Positions 42,903 through 54,217 of a DNA stretch of 58,994 nucleotides are shown here, piece after piece; within the stretch, counting starts at the first letter, position 1; each line of letters begins with the position of its first letter. The notes beneath the pieces are model-generated. The model was not told where the DNA came from. It ran no database searches and saw nothing but the letters and a program-made list of their open reading frames with translations. Source of the DNA: Nitrososphaeraceae archaeon. GTDB taxonomy: Archaea > Thermoproteota > Nitrososphaeria > Nitrososphaerales > Nitrososphaeraceae. The stretch spans positions 1-58,994 of the forward strand of contig JBAWET010000048.1 of NCBI GenBank assembly GCA_049591355.1, written 5' to 3'. The position numbers were made by a program, and so were the translations under genes.

Positions 42903-43829
42903 GTGAAGAATTTTAACTTTGTTTTATTGGGTGACGCTAGCATTGCAGAGGAGCTTGGGAAAAAAGGGACGACTACCGATATATCAATTTATGATAAAAA
43001 GACCTCCGATGCGATTCTGACATGGACTGTTCCGATAACATATCCGGATAAAATACAATCTCTTATTCAGGCGATAAACATTGCCGAATATGCTATCTTG
43101 AATGTCACTAAGTTGGACAAATTTGTAGGCGAACAAATTATCGCACTTGATCACTTATCGATGAGTCAGGGTTACATATTACATTCCTACGACGTAGATC
43201 AAGATAGACTTAAGTCAATGATAAAGACCACTGAAATTAAAAACTATGATTTCATAGCTGACTCAGATGAGTTGAGAGGGAAAATGTCAAATCTGGAACC
43301 AAAACGGAAGGAAGGTTCTTTGGTAATACCTATAGATCATTCGTTTGATGTCAAAGGTGTCGGTACTGTCATCCTTGGAGTTGTCAAACAAGGGAAGGTT
43401 AGTGTTCATGACGAGCTAATAATTCTTCCACAAGGGAAAAAAGTATTTGTTAAGTCAATTCAGATGCATGATGATTCTGCAGATGAAGCCACGAGTCCTG
43501 CTAGGGTAGGGCTTGCACTAAAAGGGATATCTGCTATTGACATCTCAAGAGGTGACGTAATTTGCGAACCAGGGTATCTGAGTACTTCAACTTCTTTGGT
43601 TAAAGCAAAATTTAAGAAAAATCCATACTTCAAAGAAGAGATGAGTGAAACACATACGTACTTGCTCGCTGTCGGACTTCAGCTGAAACCTGTTAAAATT
43701 AGATTCCTAGAAGATCAGATTGAACTAGAGGTTCTTAAACCACTTGTTTTCTCTCCGGGTCAGCATTTTGTTGTTATAAAACCTGATGCAAGTGGAGTGA
43801 GAGTCTGTGGAAAGGGTGAAATAATTTAA
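42903..43829 (+). CDS. SelB-like / EF-Tu-like translation factor (archaeal SelBL type)
   Basis: ELGKKGTTTD, IDHSFDVKGVGTVILG, VKSIQMHD and RVGLALKG; lacks a canonical G1 motif. Confidence 0.85.
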   Translation: MKNFNFVLLGDASIAEELGKKGTTTDISIYDKKTSDAILTWTVPITYPDKIQSLIQAINIAEYAILNVTKLDKFVGEQIIALDHLSMSQGYILHSYDVDQDRLKSMIKTTEIKNYDFIADSDELRGKMSNLEPKRKEGSLVIPIDHSFDVKGVGTVILGVVKQGKVSVHDELIILPQGKKVFVKSIQMHDDSADEATSPARVGLALKGISAIDISRGDVICEPGYLSTSTSLVKAKFKKNPYFKEEMSETHTYLLAVGLQLKPVKIRFLEDQIELEVLKPLVFSPGQHFVVIKPDASGVRVCGKGEII

Positions 43830-44248
43830 TGGTTCGAGTATTGAAAGGAGATGGAAACGAGTATTGCAATGAAAAAGACAAAAACACAGAAATTGACCAC
43901 ATGAAGACCATCTCTCAAGAAGTCAAATTACTTCTAGATAGTGTTAAAGCAAAAGGCATCATTACGAAATTGAATGTTGACGAAGAAAACGGAATAGTGC
44001 GAATATATTTGAATAATACAAATGAACTTAAACGCGCTCTATCGGCGGTATCGGAAATACTTGACCTTGCTTACTCGACAACAGAACATCATCCCTATTC
44101 GCTTTTGCTTTACCACTCTACAGAAATATTACGCTCTGTACTCGACTCATGGGGGGACACACTGACCGCAGACGGATTATCCGAAATTACGTGGCGCGTC
44201 GATGAAATAAGGAGCAACATTGATAGAATTAGCACATCTGATCAGTGA
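43829..44248 (+). CDS. Hypothetical protein
   Basis: TAATG overlap with the upstream gene; TTEHHPY motif. Confidence 0.7.
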   Translation: MVRVLKGDGNEYCNEKDKNTEIDHMKTISQEVKLLLDSVKAKGIITKLNVDEENGIVRIYLNNTNELKRALSAVSEILDLAYSTTEHHPYSLLLYHSTEILRSVLDSWGDTLTADGLSEITWRVDEIRSNIDRISTSDQ

Positions 44249-44536
44249 ATAAATTTTCTGTTTGAGCTTTTCAATTTTATCAAGGTTGATTTTATCAAAC
44301 CAAATATTACAAAACTTTCATAATATGGTCTCAAAACTGTAAAAGAACAATAGTGTCAATAGGACCAAGGAGTTTTGTAGAATAGCTGAACAAATAAACA
44401 CCGATTTAAATATTTCTGATTTTATATTTACTAAAGATAGTTCTTTTGGTGCACTCGAGATCTCCGGATAAAACATGGATAACATATGATGGGAGAAGTT
44501 TAATTTAGAGGGATTCTAGCTAAGAGTAGGCACTCT

Positions 44537-45523
44537 TTGATATCTATAAAAAATGTGACTAAAACTTATGGAAATCTTACTGCGCTTGATAACTTCAGCC
44601 TGGACGTATCTGAGAATGAAGTATTTGGTCTTTTGGGACCAAACGGTGCAGGAAAAACTACACTCATTCACATCCTAGCTACTTTGATCAAGCCATCTTC
44701 CGGATATGCTGTGGTTAACGGGAATAATATTCTAGATGATCCCTGTAAAGTACGGTCTAGTATAGGAGTAGTTTTTCAGGCGCCAAGTAGCGATGATATT
44801 TTAACTGGATACGAGAATATAAAAGTACACGCGTTACTATATGGAATACCAAAAGAGTGGAGGGAAAAGAGAATTTCTGAAGTACTTGATCTAGTTGGTC
44901 TAACTAGTAGAAAAGACGATCAAGTTAAAAAATACTCTGGCGGAATGCGGAGGAGATTAGAGATAGCCAGGGGTCTTGTTCACAAGCCAAGGGTTCTATT
45001 CTTAGACGAACCGACCTTGGGCCTCGACCCGAGTAGTAGAGACAACATGTGGCAATACATAAGAAAACTGGTAGAAGAAGAAAATGTTACAATTATACTT
45101 ACTACACACTACATGGAAGAGGCCGATCAATTATGTGACAGAATATGTTTCATCAATAATGGAAGAATAACTGCGGTGGATTCTCCAGCAAAATTGAAGG
45201 AAACCTTGAGTGGTGACATAATCAGGATAAAATTTGAAGACAATGTAAATCAAAGCACAGTTTTATCAAATATTGAAAGACTATCTTTGTTGGACTTTGT
45301 TCACACTGTGAGCTATACCGACAATTGGCTGGTGATTACTGTGAATAACGCAAACAAGAACATTCCCAAAATTCTAAGTTACCTAGATAAGGTGAACTGG
45401 ATTGAATACAAGAAGCCAACGCTCAACGACCTTTTTCTTCAAGTTGCAGGTAATCCGAAGGTTAATGACGATGATGCAGAGGGAGGTTTTATGGAGAGAT
45501 ATGCTAGGTACGATAAGTCATAA
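44537..45523 (+). CDS. ABC-2/DrrA-type exporter ATP-binding protein
   Basis: GPNGAGKT, YSGGMRRRL, LDEPT and TTHYMEEA. Confidence 0.95.
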   Translation: MISIKNVTKTYGNLTALDNFSLDVSENEVFGLLGPNGAGKTTLIHILATLIKPSSGYAVVNGNNILDDPCKVRSSIGVVFQAPSSDDILTGYENIKVHALLYGIPKEWREKRISEVLDLVGLTSRKDDQVKKYSGGMRRRLEIARGLVHKPRVLFLDEPTLGLDPSSRDNMWQYIRKLVEEENVTIILTTHYMEEADQLCDRICFINNGRITAVDSPAKLKETLSGDIIRIKFEDNVNQSTVLSNIERLSLLDFVHTVSYTDNWLVITVNNANKNIPKILSYLDKVNWIEYKKPTLNDLFLQVAGNPKVNDDDAEGGFMERYARYDKS

Positions 45524-46283
45524 TTTAAACAGAGAATTTGGACAACTCTATGCCTTGTGGCTAAGAGAGTTTAAAGTATTTGTACGAGAACGAAGCAGAT
45601 TAGTCGCCTAGATATTCACTCCCCTGTTATGGCTATTTGTTATGGGTTCGGGGTTAGGATCGACCAACCCTATGAATACAGGTGCAAACTACCAATTATT
45701 TATTTTTCCAGGGATAATATGTATGTCGATAATTTTCACCTCGGTTTTTTTTGGTTCATACATAATATGGGACAGAAAATTCGATTTCCTTAAAAGTGTC
45801 ATGGTGTCACCAGCAACTAGAACAACTGTTTTTGTGGGGAAGACGTTAGGGGGTATGACAAACTCCTTAGTTCAAGTCTCCATCCTCCTGGTTGTAGGAT
45901 ACATAATTGGAATTCACTTCGATCCTCTTTCGATCAGCCTAACTGTGGTCATAGTCCTAATTTTGTCATTTACGTTAACTTCAGTTGGACTTACATTCGG
46001 AAGCTTTATTGAAAGTCTGGAAGGTTTTCAACTTATAGTAAGTTTTGTAGTATTCCCGCTATTTTTTTTGAGCGGAGCATTATTCCCAATAAGTAATCTT
46101 CCGGGTTGGCTGAATATTTTAACACAACTTAATCCGGCAACTTATGCAGTAGATGCCCTCAGAGGAGTGATTATCGGACAAGGTATAAACTCTTTTCAAA
46201 CTGACACATTGGTTTTGCTTTTTTTTACATTTGTACTTGGCATACTTGGAATATTATCATTCAGGAAGATGAAAGCGATTTAA
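45501..46283 (+). pseudogene. ABC-2/DrrB-type permease with one in-frame TAG (45609-45611)
   Basis: ATG at 45501...LWLREFKVFVRERSRLVA*IFTPLLWLFVMGSGL continues in frame into ORF 45642-46283 (PLFFLSGALFP, NPATYAVDALR). Confidence 0.8.
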
Positions 46284-46414
46284 TCATACCTGCGTCCAAC
46301 GGGCCAATTTTAAATCCTAGTCATAAGTCAGTCATGGATAATAGCAAAATGTGTATACTTGAAGGAATGAATTTCACATCTTGCTTAAAATATGAACCTT
46401 AATACTATCAGAAT

Positions 46415-46651
46415 ATGAAAAAAGAAAAACCTTCGTCTAGCCGCGGTGAACAAGAACCACGTAGAGCACGAATAACGACCGGAAGAGAATTGACAGAAGT
46501 CGAAGAAATAAGTGCAAGATTAAGCGCTCTTGTGAATTTACTTGCTGAACGGGGTATTCTTAACGCAAAGGAATATGAGAGGATAGTAGCTATGCGGTTG
46601 CATGAGATCTCAAAGGCAACTGCATTTGAAGAGTTGGATGACGAGCTCTAA
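46415..46651 (+). CDS. Small hypothetical protein
   Basis: SARLSALVNLLAERGIL...EYE; TATA-like element upstream. Confidence 0.65.
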   Translation: MKKEKPSSSRGEQEPRRARITTGRELTEVEEISARLSALVNLLAERGILNAKEYERIVAMRLHEISKATAFEELDDEL

Positions 46652-47195
46652 ATTTGAGAAAGTCAGGAGAATAGTTAGCTCCCTACTCCAATTGAAGGAT
46701 AAAAGTAGAAATTTTAGGTGAAGAAAGTGCAATATCACTATTCCAGTTTATCAGGTTTGTCTCTTATAGTCCCTCCCCTGCCCCGATGACATCTGAAGTT
46801 AATTTCAAAAAGATTTGAAGGAAATCTTATTCCATGTGATGACTTCACTGCAGATCTTTTCAGGAAAAGGAGATGCAAGAATTAGAAGTATAACATTGAG
46901 CGTATTAATCTTCTCGATATTGTGTAGTGGAATTTTGAGTGACTGATAATATCGGAACGAAATTTAGTACCATCAGTCGAAAGCAAATAAATTTCAGCAC
47001 CTTAGCACTGATCCATTGGACTTAATCTTTATTGTTTATTGTTTATCGTTGACCTCTATGAAGCTACAATAACCCGCGTCGAACATCAACTGTGTATTGT
47101 GCCTAAAATAAGCCCATCAATCGTATGATCCCCAAAACAAGTAAATTTATATCCTACTATACTCCACACATGATACAACTGGGTCAGATAGATCG

Positions 47196-47621
47196 ATGCA
47201 AAATATGTTAAGTACAGTCCATCAGGATGAAGAAAAAAAAGTATCTGACGTATTGAGCTCCATATCGGATATAAAATCACTCCAGTTGTTGCGTGCGATA
47301 TCTTTACTTAATGCTGACAGTGATATACTTATGTCAGATTTGAGCCTTACACCAAAGGGATTTTACACCAGGATGAATCGTCTTTTAAAAGTTGGAGTTA
47401 TTGAACGCAGGAATGCCAGATATTATCTTACTTCCTTTGGGAAGATTGTTCTGCATGCACAACATACTATTGATAGCGCCTTACTAAGTTATTGGAAGTT
47501 GAGGGCTTTAGACTCATTTGTGGCAACAAATGGTCTCCCTGCCGAAGAATTCAATAAACTGACTGAAACACTAATTGAGGATAAAGAACTAAGATCAATT
47601 ATTCGCCAACACAAAGATTGA
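47196..47621 (+). CDS. Winged-helix transcriptional regulator
   Basis: LTPKGFYTRMNRLLKVGVIER...YYLTSFGKIV. Confidence 0.8.
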   Translation: MQNMLSTVHQDEEKKVSDVLSSISDIKSLQLLRAISLLNADSDILMSDLSLTPKGFYTRMNRLLKVGVIERRNARYYLTSFGKIVLHAQHTIDSALLSYWKLRALDSFVATNGLPAEEFNKLTETLIEDKELRSIIRQHKD

Positions 47622-47964
47622 TACCTTCATGGTAGTCTGCTCAGTTATGACTGATTATGTTATCAATCCAGATCTTCTGGAGAATATCTAATTAGATACT
47701 CATTTTTTCCTACCAAGAGATCGATGCTACGAATGCATGGATATCGTAGTTAATTGTCCTAAAGGGCTTCAATTTACAAAATGTTTTCGATGTTTCATTG
47801 ACAAAAGTAAATAGTGTACCTAAACATAATTCCCTTTCCCAGTCTAAAGCGAAGAACACATGCAAGTGCTTCCAGAGCATATTGGAAAATTAGCGAATAA
47901 AATGCTTAGAATGTTCGGGGTTGCCGAATACTTTAATTGATTAGTCCTCGTATTCATTGAGTAA

Positions 47965-48942
47965 ATGGAGTGGGACATTAAATCTCTTCTTGAGAGTAAA
48001 GATATTTCATATACTTGTGCTGGTACGGATAGAAAAGTCAAAGGAGCTGCGGCTATTTCTGTTGCGGAGGATACAGACCTTTCGTTTTGTTATCATGTTG
48101 GGGAAAAAGGATTTTCTTTGATATCACAATCTAATGCAGGGATAATTATCTGTAATTCATCTATGGAAGGCTTGATAAGTCCTAAGGTGAACTCTGAAGG
48201 AACCAAACAACTACTTGTTTTCACTAATAATCCCCGATTGGCGTTCGTACGCGCTTTAAACATGATTTATAAGAAAAAAAAATTGGTTGGTATATCGTCA
48301 AGAGCATCTGTATCTCCTACTGCCAAGATAGGAAGAAATTGTTACATTGGGGATTTTACTGTGATTGGTGACAATTGCGAGATAGGAGACGATTCAATAG
48401 TTTATGACCGAGTTAGTTTGGTTCAAAACTGTACCTTAGGCGACGCTTGTGTAATTCAACAAGGCGTAACACTTGGTGCAGATGGCTTTGCGTTTGAACG
48501 CGATACAAGTGGAAACCTTGAACGTTTTCCCCATATTATGGGCGTTAAGATTGGAAAAAGTGTAGAGATATCTGCGAACTCTTCTGTTGCGAGAGGATCG
48601 CTGTCAGACACCGTTATTGGTGATGGAAGTAAGTTGGATGCATTGGTTCATGTGGCACATAACGTCAAAATAGGGAAATATTGTGAATTGACTGCGGGCA
48701 CGATAATTGGTGGCAGTACCATATTAGGTGACATGGTCTGGACAGGACTTAACTCTATGATAAAGGATAATATTAAAATTGGTAACAATGTTATTGTGGC
48801 GGCATCGGCAGGTGTAATTCATGACGTTGTCGACGGAGACATCGTGGCGGGAGTTCCAGCGAAATCAATAAGGGATAAAGTCACCACTAATATGAGATTC
48901 TTAATGGCAGGTCAGAAACAAGAAAAAACAAATGCGGTTTGA
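47965..48942 (+). CDS. LpxD-like left-handed beta-helix acyltransferase
   Basis: NPRLAF, hexapeptide repeats, GADGFAF, KLDALVHVAHNV and VAGVPAK. Confidence 0.88.
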   Translation: MEWDIKSLLESKDISYTCAGTDRKVKGAAAISVAEDTDLSFCYHVGEKGFSLISQSNAGIIICNSSMEGLISPKVNSEGTKQLLVFTNNPRLAFVRALNMIYKKKKLVGISSRASVSPTAKIGRNCYIGDFTVIGDNCEIGDDSIVYDRVSLVQNCTLGDACVIQQGVTLGADGFAFERDTSGNLERFPHIMGVKIGKSVEISANSSVARGSLSDTVIGDGSKLDALVHVAHNVKIGKYCELTAGTIIGGSTILGDMVWTGLNSMIKDNIKIGNNVIVAASAGVIHDVVDGDIVAGVPAKSIRDKVTTNMRFLMAGQKQEKTNAV

Positions 48943-49483
48943 TTATTCAATTCCGGGTTATCTGACGATCTCCCAAGGAAGAACAAATCATTCATCATGG
49001 TCCAGTACACGACCCACAATTATTTCTGACAGATTACGCCCCCAGACTGAAAGCAAAGGTAAATTACATTCAGTGACAATCCCTAGGAGATTATCGTAAG
49101 TGTCATCTAATGTCTAGAACATAATCACAACTAGAAATAACTTGTCTTTCAACAAAGGTAATTCTTTGAGTACAGCTTTTTTCCTTTTTTACGGATGTTG
49201 ATTGGGTATCTTCAATATTCAGATCCATGTGAGAAGGCGTACTATACAATCCCTACTTCTGAATATCGTGTCAAATTTTCTGCGAGTTTAGAAATCTTTT
49301 TTTGATAGATTATGAAATAGCAATTTGACCTTATTCCCGCTTAATACTTCATCTATAGTAAATGGGCCAGTCTAAATTCGAGTTAATATGGTACCTCTAG
49401 TCATCCTTCTCAACTTACAGTTATTTCCATACTATATTGCATCAAAACCTTTTAATCTCCTCTTTCAATAACACCGTGTAGAT

Positions 49484-49858
49484 TTGGAAAACAATGTAGA
49501 AGATCCGATTGTGAAAATTTTCCATCATGGGATGCGTCGTACCAGGACAGGACGGGGTTTCTCAAAAGCCGAGCTTGTTCAGGTTGGTATTTTGAACGTT
49601 TACACTGCGGCTAGCAAAGGAATTCATTTAGATAAGTGGAGGAAAACAATCCATCCGGAGAATGTTGAGAGATTAACAAAGTTCTTAAGTTACCAAAAGG
49701 CTAACAGCAATACAGTATCTACTGCAACAAAAACTAGATCGTCAAAATCAACAGCAACAAAGGGAGAAAACAAGAAAAAAATTACCAATAAAAAGAAGCC
49801 TGAAAAATCCAAAAAGAGTAGGGGCATTTCCAAAATAATAAGAAGGAAAAATTCATAG
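49484..49858 (+). CDS. rpl13e: Ribosomal protein L13e with Lys-rich tail
   Basis: RTGRGFSKAEL...GI..D.WRKT.HPENVERL. Confidence 0.8.
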   Translation: MENNVEDPIVKIFHHGMRRTRTGRGFSKAELVQVGILNVYTAASKGIHLDKWRKTIHPENVERLTKFLSYQKANSNTVSTATKTRSSKSTATKGENKKKITNKKKPEKSKKSRGISKIIRRKNS

Positions 49859-50136
49859 CCTAAGACCATTAGCTGGTTAACCTAGATTAATTTACCATGA
49901 TTTTAGTCTTCTTTGGGAGATTTTTATGACATCCCTTTTCTGATGATAGACACTTCTGAGTACATCCCTTAGCCTATCTTTGAATTGGAACATATCCGAA
50001 TAAATTATATGAATTAGGGTAAAAAGTTATCACAATGCCACAATGGACGGATTTGAAGAGTAGCTATGATAACTATGAGAATGATACTACTTTTCAAAGG
50101 AATCTTTTATAAGTTGCAAATAATCTCCACAAGTAG

Positions 50137-50676
50137 TTGAAAAACAGACCGGTAATTAAAAGTCGAATAGTAAACACATATACAGTTCTAATTTTATCTT
50201 GTCTGTTACTCATTCAGACTTCGTTAGATTATCTCGAAACATTTGCCGATTCGGTCATCATTCATGGGGGAGGGTCAGGAAATATTGAATGCACTGACGG
50301 TTCGCAAGCCCCATCCGACATTGCGTTCATAGTGCTTGTTGTAAATGGATCGGCATCAGGAAATTGGACGCTGGATAATTTTAACGATCCCGTTAACCCA
50401 GGGACGGTTTTAAGTAAAGGTACGATCTATAGTGGCAATGCCTCAATCAGTCAGTACGAAATGATTGGTGATACGTACAACATTAAGGAAGAAATCAAGT
50501 TATGTTATCCTCCTCTGTTTACTCCTATTTCACTCACCGGCGTATGCGGACAAAATGTTGTAATTAATGTGCAATTACGGTCTAATAATCCTCTTGGTAT
50601 TGAAGATACTTTTAATGGCGATGTGATTTGCAATTCTACTGCCCAAGAATCGATGCAGAGCACTACAACTGGCTAG
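50137..50676 (+). CDS. Secreted Cys-containing hypothetical protein
   Basis: Signal-like N-terminus; four Cys in the mature region. Confidence 0.65.
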   Translation: MKNRPVIKSRIVNTYTVLILSCLLLIQTSLDYLETFADSVIIHGGGSGNIECTDGSQAPSDIAFIVLVVNGSASGNWTLDNFNDPVNPGTVLSKGTIYSGNASISQYEMIGDTYNIKEEIKLCYPPLFTPISLTGVCGQNVVINVQLRSNNPLGIEDTFNGDVICNSTAQESMQSTTTG

Positions 50677-51033
50677 CCGAATGTTATCTTGGCTGAATAA
50701 GTACATTTAAAGAACGTAAGACATGGGATGACCAAATAGAAAAATGTACAGGATTTTATTATTCTTCTGGCTAAGAAATAGTAAATAGCCCTTTAGTGCA
50801 TTTAATATTCAAACTAATTCTTACTTCCAATTTAGTTAGTAAACAAATTGTGCTCATATTTCCTTTAATTTTAATTTGTTGTTAGATTTACGTTTCTTGA
50901 AAGTCTATAAAAATTCCAACCGATTTTAGATTGTATCTTCTGCGAAATTAATTGATTTCAAAAATATTATTCTTCATTTATTATCTGAAGAATTAAAAAT
51001 TGTTAGCAATGGTTCCGTAATAAAGCACAAATA

Positions 51034-51927
51034 ATGCATTCCATCATTATTCAGCTAAAATTGAGTAAATCTTCTTTTTATTGTTTTGGCAAGAGTGTTC
51101 GTGGGCGTGAGCACAGGATATCCGGTCTGCCGAATCAGGATGCTTTTAGAATTTACATCGGCAAAGACAATAACCCTGTCATAATTGCCTTGGCAGATGG
51201 TCACGGATCTCCAGTCCATTTTCGTAGTGAAGTGGGTTCTAAAATGGCCGTTGATACTGCCGTTGATATACTTTCATCAGTCAGGGAAACAGACATAAAA
51301 GTTCCTAATAAGATAAGCAAGTATCCTACATTAATTACTAGAGAATGGAATAGCAGAGTTCTACTTGATCACAAGAATAAGAAATTCTCATCAGATGAAT
51401 TAGGCGCCTTGTATGATGAAGTAAAGAATGAGTCGTTTGTGGACTACGTCAGATTAGACCCTAAAATCGGCTACGGAACCACTCTAATTGTGGTTGCATC
51501 CTATGGAGATTTTATGTTGTATCTCCAGATTGGAGATGGAGATATTTTGGTGGTAGATGACACGGGGAATGTCAGGAAGCCGCTACGTGATGATGTGCAA
51601 TTTTCACGTTATCAGACTAAATCTCTATGTACGCACGGAGCATCCGATGATTTCAGGATTGCTGTTGAAAAAAATAACAGAGCAAATCCTGTGCTTGTGC
51701 TTGCATCGACAGATGGATATTCAAACTCGTTTAAGAGTTATCAAGAGTTCTTTAAAGTTGGAATTGCTTACCTAGACTTGATAAGGATCCTTGGCTGCGA
51801 TTTTCTAGAGAATATTCTGGAAGATTTACTTTGTAAAACCTCTTCGCAGGGTAGCGGTGACGATATCACAGTTGGGTTAGCTTGCAGTTCTGATTTAGCA
51901 AGTGATCATGGTTTCATTTTTCCTTAA
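51034..51927 (+). CDS. PP2C-like protein phosphatase (TerY-triad type)
   Basis: SVRGREH...PNQDA, ALADGHGS...RSEVGS, QIGDGDI, STDGY and GSGDDIT. Confidence 0.87.
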   Translation: MHSIIIQLKLSKSSFYCFGKSVRGREHRISGLPNQDAFRIYIGKDNNPVIIALADGHGSPVHFRSEVGSKMAVDTAVDILSSVRETDIKVPNKISKYPTLITREWNSRVLLDHKNKKFSSDELGALYDEVKNESFVDYVRLDPKIGYGTTLIVVASYGDFMLYLQIGDGDILVVDDTGNVRKPLRDDVQFSRYQTKSLCTHGASDDFRIAVEKNNRANPVLVLASTDGYSNSFKSYQEFFKVGIAYLDLIRILGCDFLENILEDLLCKTSSQGSGDDITVGLACSSDLASDHGFIFP

Positions 51928-52661
51928 TTAGCTAACAAATTATACGAAATTACAATATTCAAAATAACTGCACGATACAATCAAGCTGTAGAACTTCATA
52001 TATCTAACAATGCAAATTGGTAACGAGATCAAAGAGAACCTTACTCTGCGAAATTTTATTTGTATTGTGTCTGACTAGTGTTCTATTTAACTTCTTGGTA
52101 TTCAAAATGCATTGTTATTCCTAAGTAATCTTACTGAGATTTAATATGAATCATCTCTGAGTTCCTTTGTAATTTATCACATAATTCTCCGCCTTCTAGA
52201 TCAAAACTTCTCCTTATGTAAAATATTTTTGACATCCGAACAATCGAGCAAATGTCTGTTTGAATACATAGACGATATACCTCCTCTTTTTTTTATGCCC
52301 GATACCGTACTCTTTTCAATCATCCTATATTTATTTAGCAAGAGAAGAAAATTACTTGACCCGTACCATCATAGTATGTGGATCATTGCAATCAAGGGAC
52401 AGATCCATTTCCCCATTACCAAGCTTAACCAAGAATAGAGTACTGATTTCAGCATATTCATTGGAAAGAAAACTACACTTGCTTCAGTAACCAAAGATTG
52501 TTCATGAGTGCTTTCGACAACAGACATAACTAAGTTACAAACAGGTATATCACTAGCGATATTTTAATCAGTATGTTACTCCAGCGCAGATACTCAACTA
52601 ATGGCGGATCATTTGTTTTGGGTAGATTCAAATCCTTCAGTTTTTAAGATATCTTAGACAT

Positions 52662-53093
52662 TTGAACAAGATCTTTGTACTGACACTAATTTCATTAGTT
52701 CTTATTTTTAGCACCATGATCTCTGGAAGGTCAATCACTGCCTCGAGACAAGCATTATCATGCACATCCTGGCCACTTTGTCCCAACGGATTTATGTTCC
52801 CAGGTCAAAAATTCTTTTCAGAGAATGTTCATAGATTGCTTGCAATCATGGCTGCAATTACAGTGTCGTTAACAACTACCATTTCAATTTTAAATAAGTC
52901 TAAGTTCAAGAAAATAGCAGTCATAGCATTATCATGTATCGTGGTAGAAATTTTCATTGGAATGTTTGTAGTGTATACTAACCTGCAAGCACTACTTGTA
53001 GCCACCCACCTTTCAAATGGGGTCGTCATATTTGCTCTTACAATACTTCTTCTTGCTTCATATAAGAAGACGAAGCCACCGAATGTTCCTTAA
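52662..53093 (+). CDS. Short COX15/CtaA heme A synthase-like protein
   Basis: SCTSWPLCPNG, ENVHRLLA and ATHL; about 4 TM helices. Confidence 0.8.
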   Translation: MNKIFVLTLISLVLIFSTMISGRSITASRQALSCTSWPLCPNGFMFPGQKFFSENVHRLLAIMAAITVSLTTTISILNKSKFKKIAVIALSCIVVEIFIGMFVVYTNLQALLVATHLSNGVVIFALTILLLASYKKTKPPNVP

Positions 53094-53323
53094 TTTGATA
53101 CCCAGTACACGTTATAATGAGATAAAAGATTTGTTGTATCCACATCTTTACTAATATTAAGGACTACTTATTCATATAAGCATTCTGCCGCGGATCAAAT
53201 GGTTTGGAAGGATTATGTGTTTACATTGCAGTCAATGCGTATACTTCCGAAGATTAATTGATTGAACAATAGCATTAACATGAATATTACTGAAAAATAG
53301 ATTCATGTTGTATAAGGTTCAAA

Positions 53324-54217
53324 TCAGGACTGAATCAACGACCTTGCAAATAAATTTTGTTCCTTTTTCTTTCACGAATTCTCCTAGCTGAACAAGGGAG
53401 CCATCTTTCTCCATATGGAACGTACTCCCAGACACTAAATCCATTATGAACAAGTTCACGTTTTAGTTCATCTCTTATTCCTTTCAAAAACTGAAACTAG
53501 ATGCTTTTTATTATTTCCCGGCCCTTCAATAGTGATATTGCTTCCTTAACCAATTTTGAGTCATGAGTTGCTATGGCTAGAATTTCATCCGAGGCAAAGT
53601 GGTCAAGCATGAATCTCATCAGCATTGAAAAATTGTTGTCAATTTCTCGCGTTGCCTGGAATGCATTGATTCTATCCTGACTGTAAGCGCCTTTCACAAG
53701 TCTTATGTTAGCGCCATGTTCTACAAGGTGCATCAAATCACTGTGAGACCTTCTCAGGTATGATTGGATAACCAATCCTGTCCGCCTATTCTCTTTAAAA
53801 ATATCCAAATAAATCGAAATGGTATCTTCTACATATCTAAGAGATTCCATATCAATCCAAATGAATCTGCCTGCTTTGGTGGCGTGTTCTGAGATCTCAA
53901 ATATTTCTTAAGCATAAATCGTAATTTATCGCTAATCCGACTTGACTTGGTTTGATAGAAATGCATCCTAAGATATTATTAGCATTGAGTAGATCCATAA
54001 TCATTAGATATTCTGACACTGATTTTCTGATCAGAAGGTTCTCAAGATTTTCTTCCCCCAAATAATTAAGAATAACAGACATTCCCAACTCGTTTGACTT
54101 TCGCGCAGCCGAAATGGCATCCTTCGCAGCGAACCCAGCAATCCATCTCTTTGAAATACCAAATAACAATCTTTCCAACATTGCAGGATCGTTGGTTTTT
54201 GAGTGGGTCTTTTCCAA
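53324..54217 (-). pseudogene. Proline dehydrogenase pseudogene
   Basis: SKRWIAG, NYLGE, ISIKPSQVG; frameshift near 53900; FIWIDME, RLVKGAY, AIATHD; in-frame TAG at 53497-99 (I*FQFLKGIRDEL); EYVPYG..W; further 3' frameshift. Confidence 0.9.

Noticed and set aside
18609..43829. Selenocysteine system implied by SelD-like plus SelB-like genes
   Set aside because: Both lack key canonical motifs, they are ~23 kb apart, and I saw no tRNA-Sec or convincing in-frame TGA selenoprotein
45609..53499. Amber (TAG) recoding suggested by two in-frame TAGs (ABC permease, proline dehydrogenase)
   Set aside because: TAG terminates intact genes here (Ubl ending GG, nurA, SelD-like), the two sites imply different residues (Ser and Glu), the ProDH gene also has frameshifts, and no pyl genes are visible
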